Below are positions 20,790 through 31,677 of a stretch of DNA of 64,000 nt, one piece after another. The notes under the pieces were generated by a model. That model searched no databases and had not been told where the DNA came from. It was given only the letters and a program-made list of their open reading frames with translations. Source of the DNA: an uncultured Acidimicrobiia bacterium (GTDB taxonomy: Bacteria; Acidobacteriota; Terriglobia; Versatilivoradales; Versatilivoraceae); NCBI GenBank assembly GCA_963786955.1, contig CAWBAT010000005.1, forward strand, positions 256,001 to 320,000, written 5' to 3'. The position numbers and the translations under genes are program-made. Each line of letters starts with the position of its first letter. Positions within the stretch are counted from its first letter, which is position 1.

Positions 20790-20922
20790 GCCCCTCATCT
20801 AGATAAGAAACATCCTGGTGATGCTCTTCTTGGCTGAGGATCTGTTGACGAACTGCCTCCAAGGGGAACATTACCGAGGGCGTTGCCCTCGGCTACGTTG
20901 TTAGGGGCCTTTCAGGCCGATG
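20790..20922 (-). mobile_element. Second IS200-like Y1 transposase relic with one hairpin end
   Basis: Closely similar to 12990-13136; minus strand reads LEAVRQQILSQEEHHQDVSYLDE. Confidence 0.65.
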
Positions 20923-20993
20923 TTTGCTCGCAAGCACCGTGGCTCTTACCTTCGATAAAGAAGCAGAGCTCCACCCTCCAACCAACCGTTTTC

Positions 20994-21151
20994 CTGGGTC
21001 GAGCTCCTCGAGACCGGATTCTCGAAATAGTAGGGACAGGCATCCATGCCTGTCCAGTGGCTGAAAGCCACCTCCGGCCACGCCACAGCGTGGCTCGACA
21101 GGCCGGGAGGCCTGTCTCTACCAAACCGGCGTCGCGGAGCTCCGCCCTCCA
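20994..21151. repeat. Composite REPIN (copy 1)
   Basis: GGGTCGAGCTCCTCGAGACC > GTAGGGACAGGCATCCATGCCTGTCC ... GACAGGCCGGGAGGCCTGTCTCTAC > GCGTCGCGGAGCTCCGCCCTCC. Repeated at 31436-31593. Confidence 0.8.
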
Positions 21152-21437
21152 TACACGTACAATTCCCCCTCACCTCCAACTCCTCTCCCGCGCTGGGGAG
21201 AGGAGAGCCGACAATTTGTTTCCTGGAATGGAGCCCGAGTCTTGCGAGCCCGGAATTCCCGACAGGCTGGGAGACTTGTCCCTACCAAGCCGGTGTCAGC
21301 AAAGAAATTTCCGAACTCCTCTCTTGCCTTCCTCTCCAAACCAGGCACAATAAAACAATGTGCCATGCGGTAAGATTCTTCCAGGGCACTCCCTCGGGTA
21401 TTGATTCAATTTCTTGTGAACTCAGGTAGACGGAGAC

Positions 21438-22493
21438 ATGTTTCCGGCAGCGCCAAAACGACTCATTCTGGGGATCCTGTTCTGTTTCTTTTCTGGGAAC
21501 GTTTGCGTTGCCAATGCGCTCGAACAAACAGCCGAGCCAAACGCCTACGAACAAGGGCTCTCGCATCTGAAAAAAGGGAATTTAAGCCAGGCCGAAAAAG
21601 CCTTTCGTGAAGCAGTTGAAGATCCCGCCACCCGAGCAGAAGCCAACCATCAGCTTTCCCTTATTTACGTCAAGCGGGGCTACTGGCATGATGGTGAGGA
21701 GGCGATCCGTCAGTATTTGGAGACTCACGAACAATCGGCAGAGGGGTTCTTTGTCTTGGGTTTTTGTCTATTTCGGCAGGGGCAGTACCAAACCGCAGCC
21801 GAGGCGTTGGGGACTTCCTTAAGAATTGAGCCCAATCATCCAGAAACCCATCTCATCCTTGGGCTGGTCTATTTCCAATTGAAACAGAATCCGGAAGCGG
21901 AAAAGGAATTACTGGCCGCGATTCAGTCCAATCCGAAGCTTAGCGAAAGCCATTATTACCTGGGCCGCATCTATCATGACTCTAATCGCTATGAGCTGGC
22001 CAAACAGTCGTTTGAGTCTGCCATTCAACTCAATCCTCAATCCATTGAAGCCTATGACAGCTTAGGCCTCAGCTTGGAGGCTCTTGGGCAATTGGACGAG
22101 GCTCAAAATAGCTTTAAGAAGGCCATCGAGCTCAATGAGCTTTCCAAAGCTAAGTTCAAGTGGCCTTATTTGAATCTTGGGGAACTCCTGCTGAAACAAA
22201 AACAATATGCTGAAAGTATTCCCTATTTTGAAGAAGCCCTGAACGTGTCCCCCGGTTGGGCCAAGGCACAATTTTCACTCGGGAAGGCTTTGTTTCAATT
22301 GGGTAAACTGGAAGAGGCTAAAGAGCAATTCATCTCGGCAACACAGTCCGACCCGTACTATGCAGACCCCCACGAGCAACTTGGGCAGATCTACCTTCAG
22401 CTAGGCAAGAAAAAAGCTGCTGAAAAAGAGCTCAAACTTTATAAAAAGATAAAAGACAAACCACGACCTCCTCCCCTCTTACCGGGATGGTGA
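21438..22493 (+). CDS. Exported TPR-repeat protein, paralog of the preceding gene
   Basis: GGAGA RBS; signal peptide; shares AYD(N/S)LGL(T/S)L, KAIELNE, WPY.NLGELLLKQ and PGW.K with 19471-20676. Confidence 0.92.
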   Translation: MFPAAPKRLILGILFCFFSGNVCVANALEQTAEPNAYEQGLSHLKKGNLSQAEKAFREAVEDPATRAEANHQLSLIYVKRGYWHDGEEAIRQYLETHEQSAEGFFVLGFCLFRQGQYQTAAEALGTSLRIEPNHPETHLILGLVYFQLKQNPEAEKELLAAIQSNPKLSESHYYLGRIYHDSNRYELAKQSFESAIQLNPQSIEAYDSLGLSLEALGQLDEAQNSFKKAIELNELSKAKFKWPYLNLGELLLKQKQYAESIPYFEEALNVSPGWAKAQFSLGKALFQLGKLEEAKEQFISATQSDPYYADPHEQLGQIYLQLGKKKAAEKELKLYKKIKDKPRPPPLLPGW

Positions 22494-22741
22494 GATTCAA
22501 GGAACCAAGCGTTTGTTCCGAATGCCGAAGGTAAGCGGGCGCGATTTCGATCTATTTGCTGACATGCCTGAGACTTGTAAGACGCTCAGGAAAGGGGAAA
22601 AGAATAGTGGTGACCTGCGGATTCAGGCAGAACGCGTGCGTGGGAGCGCTGCCCCCGTCGTGCCTTCATTGAGCGACGTACACGGATTTTGGAAGGAGAG
22701 CACGCGAAAAACGACCCGGATTAGAGATAATCATTCGCGCC

Positions 22742-23074
22742 TTAGACACCGCTATTGGAAAGCATGAGGCTGATGGAATTTACAATCTCAACCAATCTCG
22801 GATGCGACGCCTCGAACCCTTTCGCGGATGAAGACAGACCTTCCAGAGAAAGTTCGAGGAGCTGCGGATTCCTATCCTGACGCGTGGCTTCATGCGCTGA
22901 GACGTCGGCGAAGCCCGTGATGCTCATGGCTTCCTCTCCATGAGTCTGAGAAAGCTTCGTAATCTCGGTCTTCAACTCTGCGAGCAGGCTGAGTATTTCG
23001 CCCTTGTTTTCCGATTTGATGGATTCCGCATTTTCGATCTTCGATCGGATTTTCGCAATCGTCTCTTGAATCAT
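22742..23074 (-). CDS. DUF4404-like small protein
   Basis: C-terminal FEASHPRL..IVNSI...LSNSGV signature; GAGGT RBS. Confidence 0.75.
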   Translation of the reverse strand: MIQETIAKIRSKIENAESIKSENKGEILSLLAELKTEITKLSQTHGEEAMSITGFADVSAHEATRQDRNPQLLELSLEGLSSSAKGFEASHPRLVEIVNSISLMLSNSGV

Positions 23075-23213
23075 TACCTCGCTCCTTTAAGCCTGGGAAT
23101 CATCAAATTCTCCGAGTCATCACTTGAAAAATTTGACTCGGGCCAACATCCCTACAACCCGGATGGAACAATGATAATTCTCCTTGGCCTGCATCGCAAA
23201 CAACGCATTGCGA

Positions 23214-23468
23214 CTATATGCAGAACTCATCAGAGGATAACGCCTGCACTCCTAAGGGAATGGGATCCGCGATCACAACAGGACATCTCACCCCTAGTTT
23301 CCGCAGGATATCTTCCATTAGGCACCAGCGGGTGAGGGCCGATTGGAAGAGATTCAATCCCACAAAGGCTGTGAACAAATACCAATAGGGACTTACCCAG
23401 TGTCCCAGCGCCAAACTGCCCATAACAAATGTGCCAGCTATCAGGCGAATATATCTTTCGAGTGTCAT
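23214..23468 (-). CDS. DUF2892 (YgaP-like) membrane protein
   Basis: ERYIRLIAG...FVGLNLFQS..TRWCLM; GGAGG RBS before ATG 23468. Confidence 0.88.
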   Translation of the reverse strand: MTLERYIRLIAGTFVMGSLALGHWVSPYWYLFTAFVGLNLFQSALTRWCLMEDILRKLGVRCPVVIADPIPLGVQALSSDEFCI

Positions 23469-23488
23469 ATTGATGGACCTCCACCTAA

Positions 23489-26400
23489 TCAAATTGTAGC
23501 GCGTTTTCGGTTGCCCATGAAGAAGAGTATGGGCACGACCATTCGCGAAAGCAATAATGAAGCGACCTCGCCGGCCATGAGTGAGAGGGCCAACCCTTGA
23601 AAAATCGGATCGAACAAGATGACCGCGGATCCAACGATCACCGCTGCGGCCGTCAACATCATCGGACGAAACCTCACGGCGCCGGCATCCACAACAGCTT
23701 CATCCAGTGGCATCCCCTCCCTCAACCGCAGTTCGATAAAATCCACCAGAATGATGGAGTTCCTCACCACAATCCCGGCTCCTGCAATAAATCCAATCAT
23801 CGAAGTGGCTGTAAAAAAAGCGCCCATCAGGCCATGGGCCGGCAAAATGCCAATCAGAGAAAAAGGGATGGCCATCATGATGATGACTGGCGTCTTGAAC
23901 GATTGAAACCAGGCCACTACCAGAACATAAATCAATACCAGGACGGCGGCAAATGCGAGCCCCAGGTCACGAAAAACTTCGTAAGTAATGTGCCATTCAC
24001 CGTCCCACTTCATGGCAAGTTTTTGGGTTGTCGGAGGCTGGGTCGATGTATACCGTTCGATTTCATAGCCCTCAGGGATTTTCAAATTTTGGATCTTCTC
24101 ATTCATCTCGAATATGGCATAAACAGGGCTTTCGACTTCCCCGGCGACATCGGCAGTCACATACACAACAGGCATCAAATTCTTGTGATAGATGCTTTTG
24201 TCGGCTATCGTTGACTCCAGCTTCGCGATTTCCCCCAGAGAAATCATATTCCCCTGGCTCCCGGCCAATCGGATGGTCTTGAGTAAATCAGGATTCGAGC
24301 GCTCCGAAAGCGGTAATCGAAAGAGAATATTCACGTCCTCTTTTTCTTTGGGCAGATGAAGCAGCCCGGCATTTACCCCTTCTACACTCAACCGCAAAGC
24401 CTGAGTGACTTGCTCGGTGGAAACACCATGAATCGCGGCTTTCTCCTTATCAACGATAAAGCGATACTTCGTCTGGTCGTCTTCAAGATACCAGTCTGAA
24501 TCGACAACGCCTCGGCTGGATTCAAAAACTTGCAGGATTTGCTTGGCGACCTGTTGCTGGCGTTCATAATCAGGACCATAGATTTCCGCAACCAGTGTCT
24601 GCAAGACGGGAGGCCCAGGCGGAACCTCTGCCACTTTGACTCTAGCCCCATAGGACTGCGCAATTTGTTGGAGTCTGGGCCGTACCCGCTTGCTGATGTC
24701 GTGACTTTGGGCCTTTCGTTCTTGTTTGGGTAGCAGGTTGACCTGAATATCGGCTACATTCTGGCCGCGACGGAGATAGTAATGGCGTACCAGACCGTTG
24801 AAGTTGTACGGAGAGGCGATCCCAACGTAGGTTTGATAATCTGTTACCTCCGGGACCGTTTTTAGATAATCACCCATTTGACGGGCCGCCTGGGCGGTCC
24901 TCTCCAAAGTTGTCCCTTCCGGCATGTCAATAATGACCTGGAACTCACTCTTGTTATCAAAGGGAAGCATTTTCACCGTGACAAACCTAAAATAGACGAG
25001 AGACAAAGAACACAATAACAGGATCATGACCCCGAGGAGGAACCCCCAACGCAAGAAAGGACGGTGAATCAGCGGGTTCATCAGCCGGCGATAGAGGCGA
25101 GTGGTCCAGTCTTCATAGGAATGGAGAGCCGGGAAGGCTGGACTTGGGGGATCACTCTTTGGAGTTCCATTATCCCCCTCACCGCTCCGGATGGATCCTT
25201 CTTTAGGATTCGCACGATGCAATAACCGCAGGGAAGCCCATGGGGTCACAACGAAAGCCACCAACAATGAGAAGATCATGGCAGCGGAAGCACCCACGGG
25301 AATGGGACGCATGTAGGGTCCCATTAAGCCGCGCACAAAGGCCATCGGAACAATTGCGGCAATGACCGCAAAAGTAGCCAGAATCGTGGGATTGCCGACT
25401 TCATCCACGGCCTCACAAGCGACTTCCAACAATTTTCTTCCCAGGTTTTGAGGAAGTCGATAGTGTCGCACGATGTTTTCCACCACAACGATGGCATCGT
25501 CCACCAGAATTCCAATGGAGAAGATCAGCGCAAAGAGTGTGATGCGATTGAGCGTATAGCCGTAAAGATAAAAAACCGCCAAGGTAAGGGACAACGTCAC
25601 CGGGATAGCCACTGCCACGACGCCCGACTCCCGGAAACCCAGCGTGAACCAGACCAGCGCGGTCACTGAGAGAATCGCAATGGCCATATGAAAGAGCAGT
25701 TCGTTGGATTTCTCAGCGGCAGTCTCTCCGTATTGCCGGGTGACGGTCATTTGGACGTCTCCGGGTATCCAGTTCCCCTTATAGGCATTGACCTTTTCGA
25801 GCACTGCATCGGCAACCTGGATCGCGTTGGTGCCTTTCCGTTTGGCTACGGCCAAGGTTACTGCGGGGAAATCCTGCCGACCGTCAGACAGGATCGGGAT
25901 TTTCTTGGATTCAGCAGCGACGCCAGCTCCAAAAAAAACATATTGGCTCGGCTCTTCGGGACCATCTCGCACCTCGGCCACATCGCGCAAATAAATAGGC
26001 TTTTGGTTTTCTGCACCAATGACGAGAGCTCCAACGTCTTCGGCACTTTCAAAGAAGCCCCCGGTTTCAACAAGAAACTCCCGGTTGGCCTGGATCAAGG
26101 CTCCCGCCGGCAGGTTTTGATTTTCCTGCCGCAGTCGTCCCATTACCGTCAGAGGTGATAACCGATAGGATGCCAGTCTTGCATTGTCCAAGCTGACCAA
26201 GACTTGCCTTTTTTGCCCTCCGATCAAGGTCGTAGCTGAAACATTATTGACCTGTTTGACCACATCTTCTAATTGGGCAACCATGCGCCGCAAGGTGTAA
26301 TGGTCATAGCGTTGGCTCCAAAAAGTGAGAGCCAAGATAGGGACATCGTCAATATACCGTGGCTTGATGAGCGGGCCGGAAGCCCCTGGCGGGATCAAAT

Positions 26401-26767
26401 CAAAGTTCGCAAACATTTTCTGGTTGAGGCGAACGATGCTTTTCTCTTCGTCCTCTCCCACATAAAAGCGGACCACGGCCATCGCGAATCCGGGGCTGGA
26501 GGTAGAGTAGATATACTCCACACCTGGAATTTCCCAGATCAGTTTCTCCATCGGCTTCGTGACGCGTTCCTCAACTTCCTTGGCGGAGGCGCCAGGCATC
26601 TGGACAAAGACATCAATCATGGGAACAATGATTTGGGGTTCTTCTTCACGCGGGAGGACTAAAATAGCACCTATTCCCAGCAGGATGGAGCTGACAATAA
26701 TCAGCGGCGTCAGTTTGGAATCAATGAATGCCTGTGCGACTCGACCGGCGAGCCCCAACGATTTCAT
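23489..26767 (-). CDS. Efflux RND transporter permease (AcrB/AcrD/AcrF family)
   Basis: [39 protein letters not shown] overlap with the adaptor gene at 26764-26767. Confidence 0.95.
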   Translation of the reverse strand: MKSLGLAGRVAQAFIDSKLTPLIIVSSILLGIGAILVLPREEEPQIIVPMIDVFVQMPGASAKEVEERVTKPMEKLIWEIPGVEYIYSTSSPGFAMAVVRFYVGEDEEKSIVRLNQKMFANFDLIPPGASGPLIKPRYIDDVPILALTFWSQRYDHYTLRRMVAQLEDVVKQVNNVSATTLIGGQKRQVLVSLDNARLASYRLSPLTVMGRLRQENQNLPAGALIQANREFLVETGGFFESAEDVGALVIGAENQKPIYLRDVAEVRDGPEEPSQYVFFGAGVAAESKKIPILSDGRQDFPAVTLAVAKRKGTNAIQVADAVLEKVNAYKGNWIPGDVQMTVTRQYGETAAEKSNELLFHMAIAILSVTALVWFTLGFRESGVVAVAIPVTLSLTLAVFYLYGYTLNRITLFALIFSIGILVDDAIVVVENIVRHYRLPQNLGRKLLEVACEAVDEVGNPTILATFAVIAAIVPMAFVRGLMGPYMRPIPVGASAAMIFSLLVAFVVTPWASLRLLHRANPKEGSIRSGEGDNGTPKSDPPSPAFPALHSYEDWTTRLYRRLMNPLIHRPFLRWGFLLGVMILLLCSLSLVYFRFVTVKMLPFDNKSEFQVIIDMPEGTTLERTAQAARQMGDYLKTVPEVTDYQTYVGIASPYNFNGLVRHYYLRRGQNVADIQVNLLPKQERKAQSHDISKRVRPRLQQIAQSYGARVKVAEVPPGPPVLQTLVAEIYGPDYERQQQVAKQILQVFESSRGVVDSDWYLEDDQTKYRFIVDKEKAAIHGVSTEQVTQALRLSVEGVNAGLLHLPKEKEDVNILFRLPLSERSNPDLLKTIRLAGSQGNMISLGEIAKLESTIADKSIYHKNLMPVVYVTADVAGEVESPVYAIFEMNEKIQNLKIPEGYEIERYTSTQPPTTQKLAMKWDGEWHITYEVFRDLGLAFAAVLVLIYVLVVAWFQSFKTPVIIMMAIPFSLIGILPAHGLMGAFFTATSMIGFIAGAGIVVRNSIILVDFIELRLREGMPLDEAVVDAGAVRFRPMMLTAAAVIVGSAVILFDPIFQGLALSLMAGEVASLLLSRMVVPILFFMGNRKRATI

Positions 26768-27927
26768 CGTGAAGCCTCCACCAGACATCCGTCGCAGAGT
26801 TCTGGACTAAGCGGGGTGACGTAGATTTCGCCTCCCTCGAGCCCGGAAAGAACTTCGACCCCCCGACCGGTGATTTCCCCCAGTTTCACCAGACGTAATC
26901 TGATGCGATTGTCCTTGTCCAACACATAGACTCCTTCCAATTGGCCCTGGTGGATGACGCCAGCCGGTTGAATCCAAATCCCTTTCGATATTTCTCCATC
27001 AAAAAAAGCTTCACCATACATCCCTGCTCGCACTTGGTTATTCTGCGGGAGCTTCAGTTTAACGATAAAGGTCCGACTGGCAGGATCTGCGGCAGGCTGG
27101 ATCTCCGCGATGGTCCCCTTCAATTCTGAAGGTTTCAGTGAATCAATTCTAAGAGCAACGGTTTGTCCATTCTTCAAGCCCGCCATCCTACCTTCCCCAA
27201 CCGTGACTTCCAACTGGTAATGATCAGTCTCCTCAACGGTCAGCAAGGGCACCCCGGGCGCTGCAAGCATTCCTACCTCCGCTTGGCGAGCTAGGACGAC
27301 GCCATTCAAGGGAGACGTAACCTGGGTGTAACTGAGCAATGCCCGGGCTGATTGGACATCGGATTCAGCCTGCCGCATGCGGGCTTCGACTTGATTTTTC
27401 CTGGCTTGCAAGGCTTCTAAAGATGCCGCTGCCGATTGTTGCTTTGTTCTGACCTCGTCAAACTCCTGTGGGCTAACGGATTTTTGGCTCGCCAGTTCCT
27501 CGTAACGCTTCAGCGTTGTCGAAGCCAGTTGATGGTTGAATTGGGCCGATTCAATATTCCGATCCATTTCCTGCAAGGCTTGCCCGGCCTCCGCTAAACC
27601 CGCTTCGGATTTCTGGACCATGGCATTTGTTTCGCGGGAATCCAGAGTGACGAGCAACTGGCCTTTTTGAACACGATCTCCGGCTCGAACTTTAACTTCG
27701 AGCACTGTCCCCATAATCTTACTGGACAGCGGAGCAACCGCAACCGATTTGACCGTACCTGGAGCCTTGTAAAGCATTGCACCCTCAGTGAATGCAGCCA
27801 CATCGGTTTTAACGGATATAGGCCGGGACACTCCTTCCTTTGCAGCTTCCTTCGCGGGTTTCTCGCCGCAACCCGGCAAGAAGAGCAAAAGAACAAGCAG
27901 AGTTCGGAACATATGAGTTTGTTTCAT
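26764..27927 (-). CDS. RND efflux periplasmic adaptor (MFP), lipoprotein
   Basis: Lipobox LPGC; [13 protein letters not shown]; SPLNGVV. Confidence 0.93.
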   Translation of the reverse strand: MKQTHMFRTLLVLLLFLPGCGEKPAKEAAKEGVSRPISVKTDVAAFTEGAMLYKAPGTVKSVAVAPLSSKIMGTVLEVKVRAGDRVQKGQLLVTLDSRETNAMVQKSEAGLAEAGQALQEMDRNIESAQFNHQLASTTLKRYEELASQKSVSPQEFDEVRTKQQSAAASLEALQARKNQVEARMRQAESDVQSARALLSYTQVTSPLNGVVLARQAEVGMLAAPGVPLLTVEETDHYQLEVTVGEGRMAGLKNGQTVALRIDSLKPSELKGTIAEIQPAADPASRTFIVKLKLPQNNQVRAGMYGEAFFDGEISKGIWIQPAGVIHQGQLEGVYVLDKDNRIRLRLVKLGEITGRGVEVLSGLEGGEIYVTPLSPELCDGCLVEASR

Positions 27928-27968
27928 TGCGACTCCTGTGATTCGGAGTAATCAATTCCATCCACTAT

Positions 27969-29474
27969 TCATTCTTTTACAATCCGCGAATCGGCCGACA
28001 ATCGCCCGACCTGAAGTTCCAGATTTGCCACGCTGATTCGCTGCTCGAACAGGGATCTTAAGAATGATGTCCTCGCGCGTACCAATGCCGTCTCGGCGCG
28101 AAGGAGCTCCGTAACGGTCGTGAGGCCGGCTTGGTAACGGTTGCGAACTATCCTGAGGCTCTCTTCAGCTTGAGAAACAGACTTTTGACTGACTTCCGTA
28201 ACACTCGTCGCGGTCTCAACCTCAAGATAGGCTTTCTCTACCTGAAGCCGAATCGCCTGCGCCAAATGCTCCTGCATGACTGTCTGACGCTTTTGAAGGA
28301 GATGGGCTTCGGCCAAATGAGCTTGATTCTCACGGCCATTGAAAATATTGACCCGCAAATTAATTCCCACTAACCAGCTGTTGCTGTCGGCGGAGGCGAA
28401 GTTCTGGTCGTCCGTTTGCCAACTTCCAAAAGCACTCAAGGTGGGCCAGAATTCCGAACGTGCCGAACCGAGAGCCGCCTCATTCGATTGAGTAGCCAAT
28501 TGCGCCTGCTTGAAGTCAGGCCGCAGAGTAAGGGCAATTCCCTGTAATGCCTTCAGATCCTGAGCCTCCAAAGGGAATGGTTTTAAAGGCTGAACGAGTT
28601 CGAAGGCTCTATCCAACGGCATCCCCATTTCAAAATTGAGATTGGCCAACGCAAGTTTGGCTTGATTCCGGGCACGAACCAGCTCTTCCAATTGGGCTGC
28701 ATGGTGGACCTTTACGCTCAAAAGGTCCGACTCAACAACCAACCCCACTTTAAACATATTCTCAACTTCCTCGTTGTCGGCAACCGCGCTTTGGACAGCA
28801 TCCTCAGATACCTTAACCATTTCCTTCGCCAGTAAGGCTTCCAGGTAGCATTTGACGACTCGGAAAATAAGATCGGATTGAGTTCTCTTGAGTTCCTCGT
28901 CTGAAATCTGGCGACCTAATCGGAACTGAGTTCGGATATTCCGGGTGCGTCCCCCGTCAAAGAGAAGCTGATTCAGAGAGAACTTGTTTTGGAAATTGGA
29001 CAGTGGATTTGGATAGTTCAAGTGGTTGAGGGCGAAATCTGCAGCCGTGAAACGGCGTTGGTTGAGCAGACTTCCAAATACGTAGACTGGATTATTCCCT
29101 TGGGTAAAGTTGTAGTCAAAACTTACCTTTGGAAGATAATTCGAGAAGGTCGCGCGGGACCGGACTTCCGCCACTTCAACGTTGAATCCCGCAGCTTTGA
29201 TCAATGGACTGCCGTCCAACGCCTGCGCAACGGCTTCTTCGAGAGTTAAAATCTCTGTTTTATCTTGGGCTGCCGCGGCAAAGTTCCTGGGCCCCAAAAG
29301 GATTCCAACCAAAAGCAAAATGCGCGCGCAAATTGACCAATAGGTGTCAGTCTTCCGGAGGCCTATACAACAGGATTGGAACAAGTCGCCCTCGGAGACA
29401 TGTTCCCTCGAATTCAGACCTGCCTGAGGAGCAGCAAGGGTTTCAGCACCATTTAGAGAGGGGAGGATGTTCAT
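27969..29474 (-). CDS. TolC family outer-membrane efflux protein (start uncertain)
   Basis: LTLEEAVAQAL, NYLPKVS, RYQAGLTTVTELLRAE. The frame is open upstream to 29687. Confidence 0.88.
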   Translation of the reverse strand: MNILPSLNGAETLAAPQAGLNSREHVSEGDLFQSCCIGLRKTDTYWSICARILLLVGILLGPRNFAAAAQDKTEILTLEEAVAQALDGSPLIKAAGFNVEVAEVRSRATFSNYLPKVSFDYNFTQGNNPVYVFGSLLNQRRFTAADFALNHLNYPNPLSNFQNKFSLNQLLFDGGRTRNIRTQFRLGRQISDEELKRTQSDLIFRVVKCYLEALLAKEMVKVSEDAVQSAVADNEEVENMFKVGLVVESDLLSVKVHHAAQLEELVRARNQAKLALANLNFEMGMPLDRAFELVQPLKPFPLEAQDLKALQGIALTLRPDFKQAQLATQSNEAALGSARSEFWPTLSAFGSWQTDDQNFASADSNSWLVGINLRVNIFNGRENQAHLAEAHLLQKRQTVMQEHLAQAIRLQVEKAYLEVETATSVTEVSQKSVSQAEESLRIVRNRYQAGLTTVTELLRAETALVRARTSFLRSLFEQRISVANLELQVGRLSADSRIVKE

Positions 29475-30083
29475 TCTTGTGACAGACCAGGTTGCGTTTG
29501 TGCGGGAAGCCATTAGGAGACTCAAGGGTCGCCCACGATATACACCTACCGATTGGATCTTAGCAAAGATGTAACCACTTCCCATCGGGGGTTGTAAATG
29601 GGAAAAAGGTCTGTAATGGGATGAGTTCGACAACTCCAAACAGGCGGTATCATCCAATTTCAATTTCCGCTGGGGGAATTTCCCCAAGGGTATGGGTGAT
29701 ATCAGCAGACATCAAAGCCGAAACGAATCAGGCTTTAATGTTCTGAAAACGCTTGAACCTATTGTAAACTGGTCGGTGGGAAAGCACTTAAACTGGTCAT
29801 TGACGTGCATGACTTGACTCGTGGATCTAGACAAGTGCACCTGACGTCCCGAGAGGCTTTATGGATGGCTGCGCTGGATGTCCCCGTTCTCCAAGAATAA
29901 GAGCCCATTGCCCAGCGATTCAGGGCACCGGATCTAGTTTGAAATCATTTCTCGAACGCGAACGGAAATGAGTGGGGATCTATCGTCCTCAGCAATTCCC
30001 GGAATTGCCTCTCTGCAACGGGAACAGTCCCTGATTTTTTTGATGCAATCACTTAAAAAGAAGAAGAAAAGGGGGTCGATGCG

Positions 30084-31376
30084 ATGGTTGCCAACACTTT
30101 GAGTCTGACCGATAACCGCACGGGCAAGGAGTACACGATTCCCATTGAGAACGGCACCATACGCGCTATGGATTTGCGCAAGATCAAGGTTTCTGATGAG
30201 GATTTCGGTTTAATGACCTACGATCCGGCATTCATGAACACTTCATCCTGCCGGAGTCGCATTACTTTCATTGACGGGGACAAAGGAATCCTACGCTACA
30301 GGGGATACCCCATCGAACAATTAGCCGAAGGGAGCAACTACCTGGAAGTGGCTTACTTGATTCTGAACGGTGAACTGCCGACGGAATCTCAATTGAAAGA
30401 GTGGACGCTAAATGTTACCCACCACACGTTTATTCACGAAAACATTAAGAAGTTTATGGATGGTTTCCACCACGATGCCCATCCCATGGGCATGTTAGTC
30501 GGAACCATTGGGGCTCTGTCGACCTTTTACACAGATGCCAAGAACATCCTGAGTGAGGAATCGCGCAGAAAGCAGACCTTTCGATTAATCGGCAAAGTCC
30601 CCACTATTGCAGCCTTCGCCTACCGCCACAGCATGGGAATGCCTTTTATTTACCCTGATAATGAATTGAGCTACGCTGGAAATTTTCTGAACATGATGTT
30701 TAAAATGACCGAGATTAAATATCGCCCCAATCCGATCCTCGAGCATGCCCTGGATGTCCTGTTTATCTTGCACGCCGATCACGAACAAAATTGCAGCACC
30801 AACGCCATGCGGTGTATCGGAAGCTCCCACGCCGATCCTTTCTCCGCGGTCGCCGGTGCGGCGGCGGCTCTTTACGGACCTCTTCATGGCGGAGCCAACG
30901 AAGAGGTGCTCAAGATGCTCAAGGAAATCGGCTCCAAGGACCGGGTCCCTCACTATATTCAGCGTGTGAAGGCGGGCGAGTTTCGGTTAATGGGATTTGG
31001 CCATCGCGTCTACAAAAATTACGACCCGAGAGCCAAAATCATTAAGCAGGTCGCGGACGAAGTTTTTGAAGTCACGGGAAAGAATCCGCTCATTGAGATC
31101 GCCCTGGAATTAGAGCGGATTGCCTTGCATGATGATTACTTTGTCAGCAGGAAACTTTATCCGAATGTCGATTTCTACTCAGGAATTATTTATGAGGCCA
31201 TGAAATTCCCCGTGGAAATGTTTCCGGTACTTTTTGCGATCCCTCGAACCTCTGGCTGGAATGCGCAATGGGCCGAAATGCTGCTCGATCCAGAACAGAA
31301 GATTGCACGGCCGCGGCAGATTTACGAGGGGTACGACCAAAGGGATTTTATCCCGATCGAAAAACGGAAGGGGTAG
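30084..31376 (+). CDS. gltA: Citrate synthase
   Basis: ITFIDGDKGILRYRGYPIEQL, HADHEQNCST, GPLHGGANE, MGFGHRVYKNYDPRA, YPNVDFYSG. Confidence 0.97.
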   Translation: MVANTLSLTDNRTGKEYTIPIENGTIRAMDLRKIKVSDEDFGLMTYDPAFMNTSSCRSRITFIDGDKGILRYRGYPIEQLAEGSNYLEVAYLILNGELPTESQLKEWTLNVTHHTFIHENIKKFMDGFHHDAHPMGMLVGTIGALSTFYTDAKNILSEESRRKQTFRLIGKVPTIAAFAYRHSMGMPFIYPDNELSYAGNFLNMMFKMTEIKYRPNPILEHALDVLFILHADHEQNCSTNAMRCIGSSHADPFSAVAGAAAALYGPLHGGANEEVLKMLKEIGSKDRVPHYIQRVKAGEFRLMGFGHRVYKNYDPRAKIIKQVADEVFEVTGKNPLIEIALELERIALHDDYFVSRKLYPNVDFYSGIIYEAMKFPVEMFPVLFAIPRTSGWNAQWAEMLLDPEQKIARPRQIYEGYDQRDFIPIEKRKG

Positions 31377-31435
31377 ACGATGACGGCGGAGTCCACCAGC
31401 CAGCAGACCCTTCTCTCCAGGCACGTTGATTCACA

Positions 31436-31593
31436 TGGAGGGTCGAGCTTTCCGAGACTCAATTGCCGACATTGTAGGTACAGGCATTCCTGCCTGTACC
31501 TTGGCTGAAGGTCAACCTCTGCCACGCCACAGCGTGGCTCGACAGGCCGGGAGGCCTGTCGCCACCGAACTGGCGTCGCGGAGCTCCGCCCTC
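31436..31593. repeat. Composite REPIN (copy 2)
   Basis: Same architecture and spacer (GCCACGCCACAGCGTGGCTCGACAGGCCGGGAGGCCTGTC) as 20994-21151. Confidence 0.8.
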
Positions 31594-31677
31594 AAAACGG
31601 GATCATTGCCCTGAACGAGACTCGGAGAGTCAACCGCAAGTGAATGAGCCGAAAACCCCCTAGAATAGAGGATATAC

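Noticed and set aside
20883-21429. Several overlapping 60-156 aa ORFs, with similarity to ORFs at 31426-31614
   Set aside because: The similarity comes from the shared composite REPIN, not from a protein family.
29475-29687. N-terminal extension of TolC in the ORF track
   Set aside because: It would put over 100 residues before the signal peptide; more likely chance open frame in the promoter region.
29700-30083. Possible ncRNA in the long gltA leader
   Set aside because: No recognisable family motif or convincing extended structure by eye.
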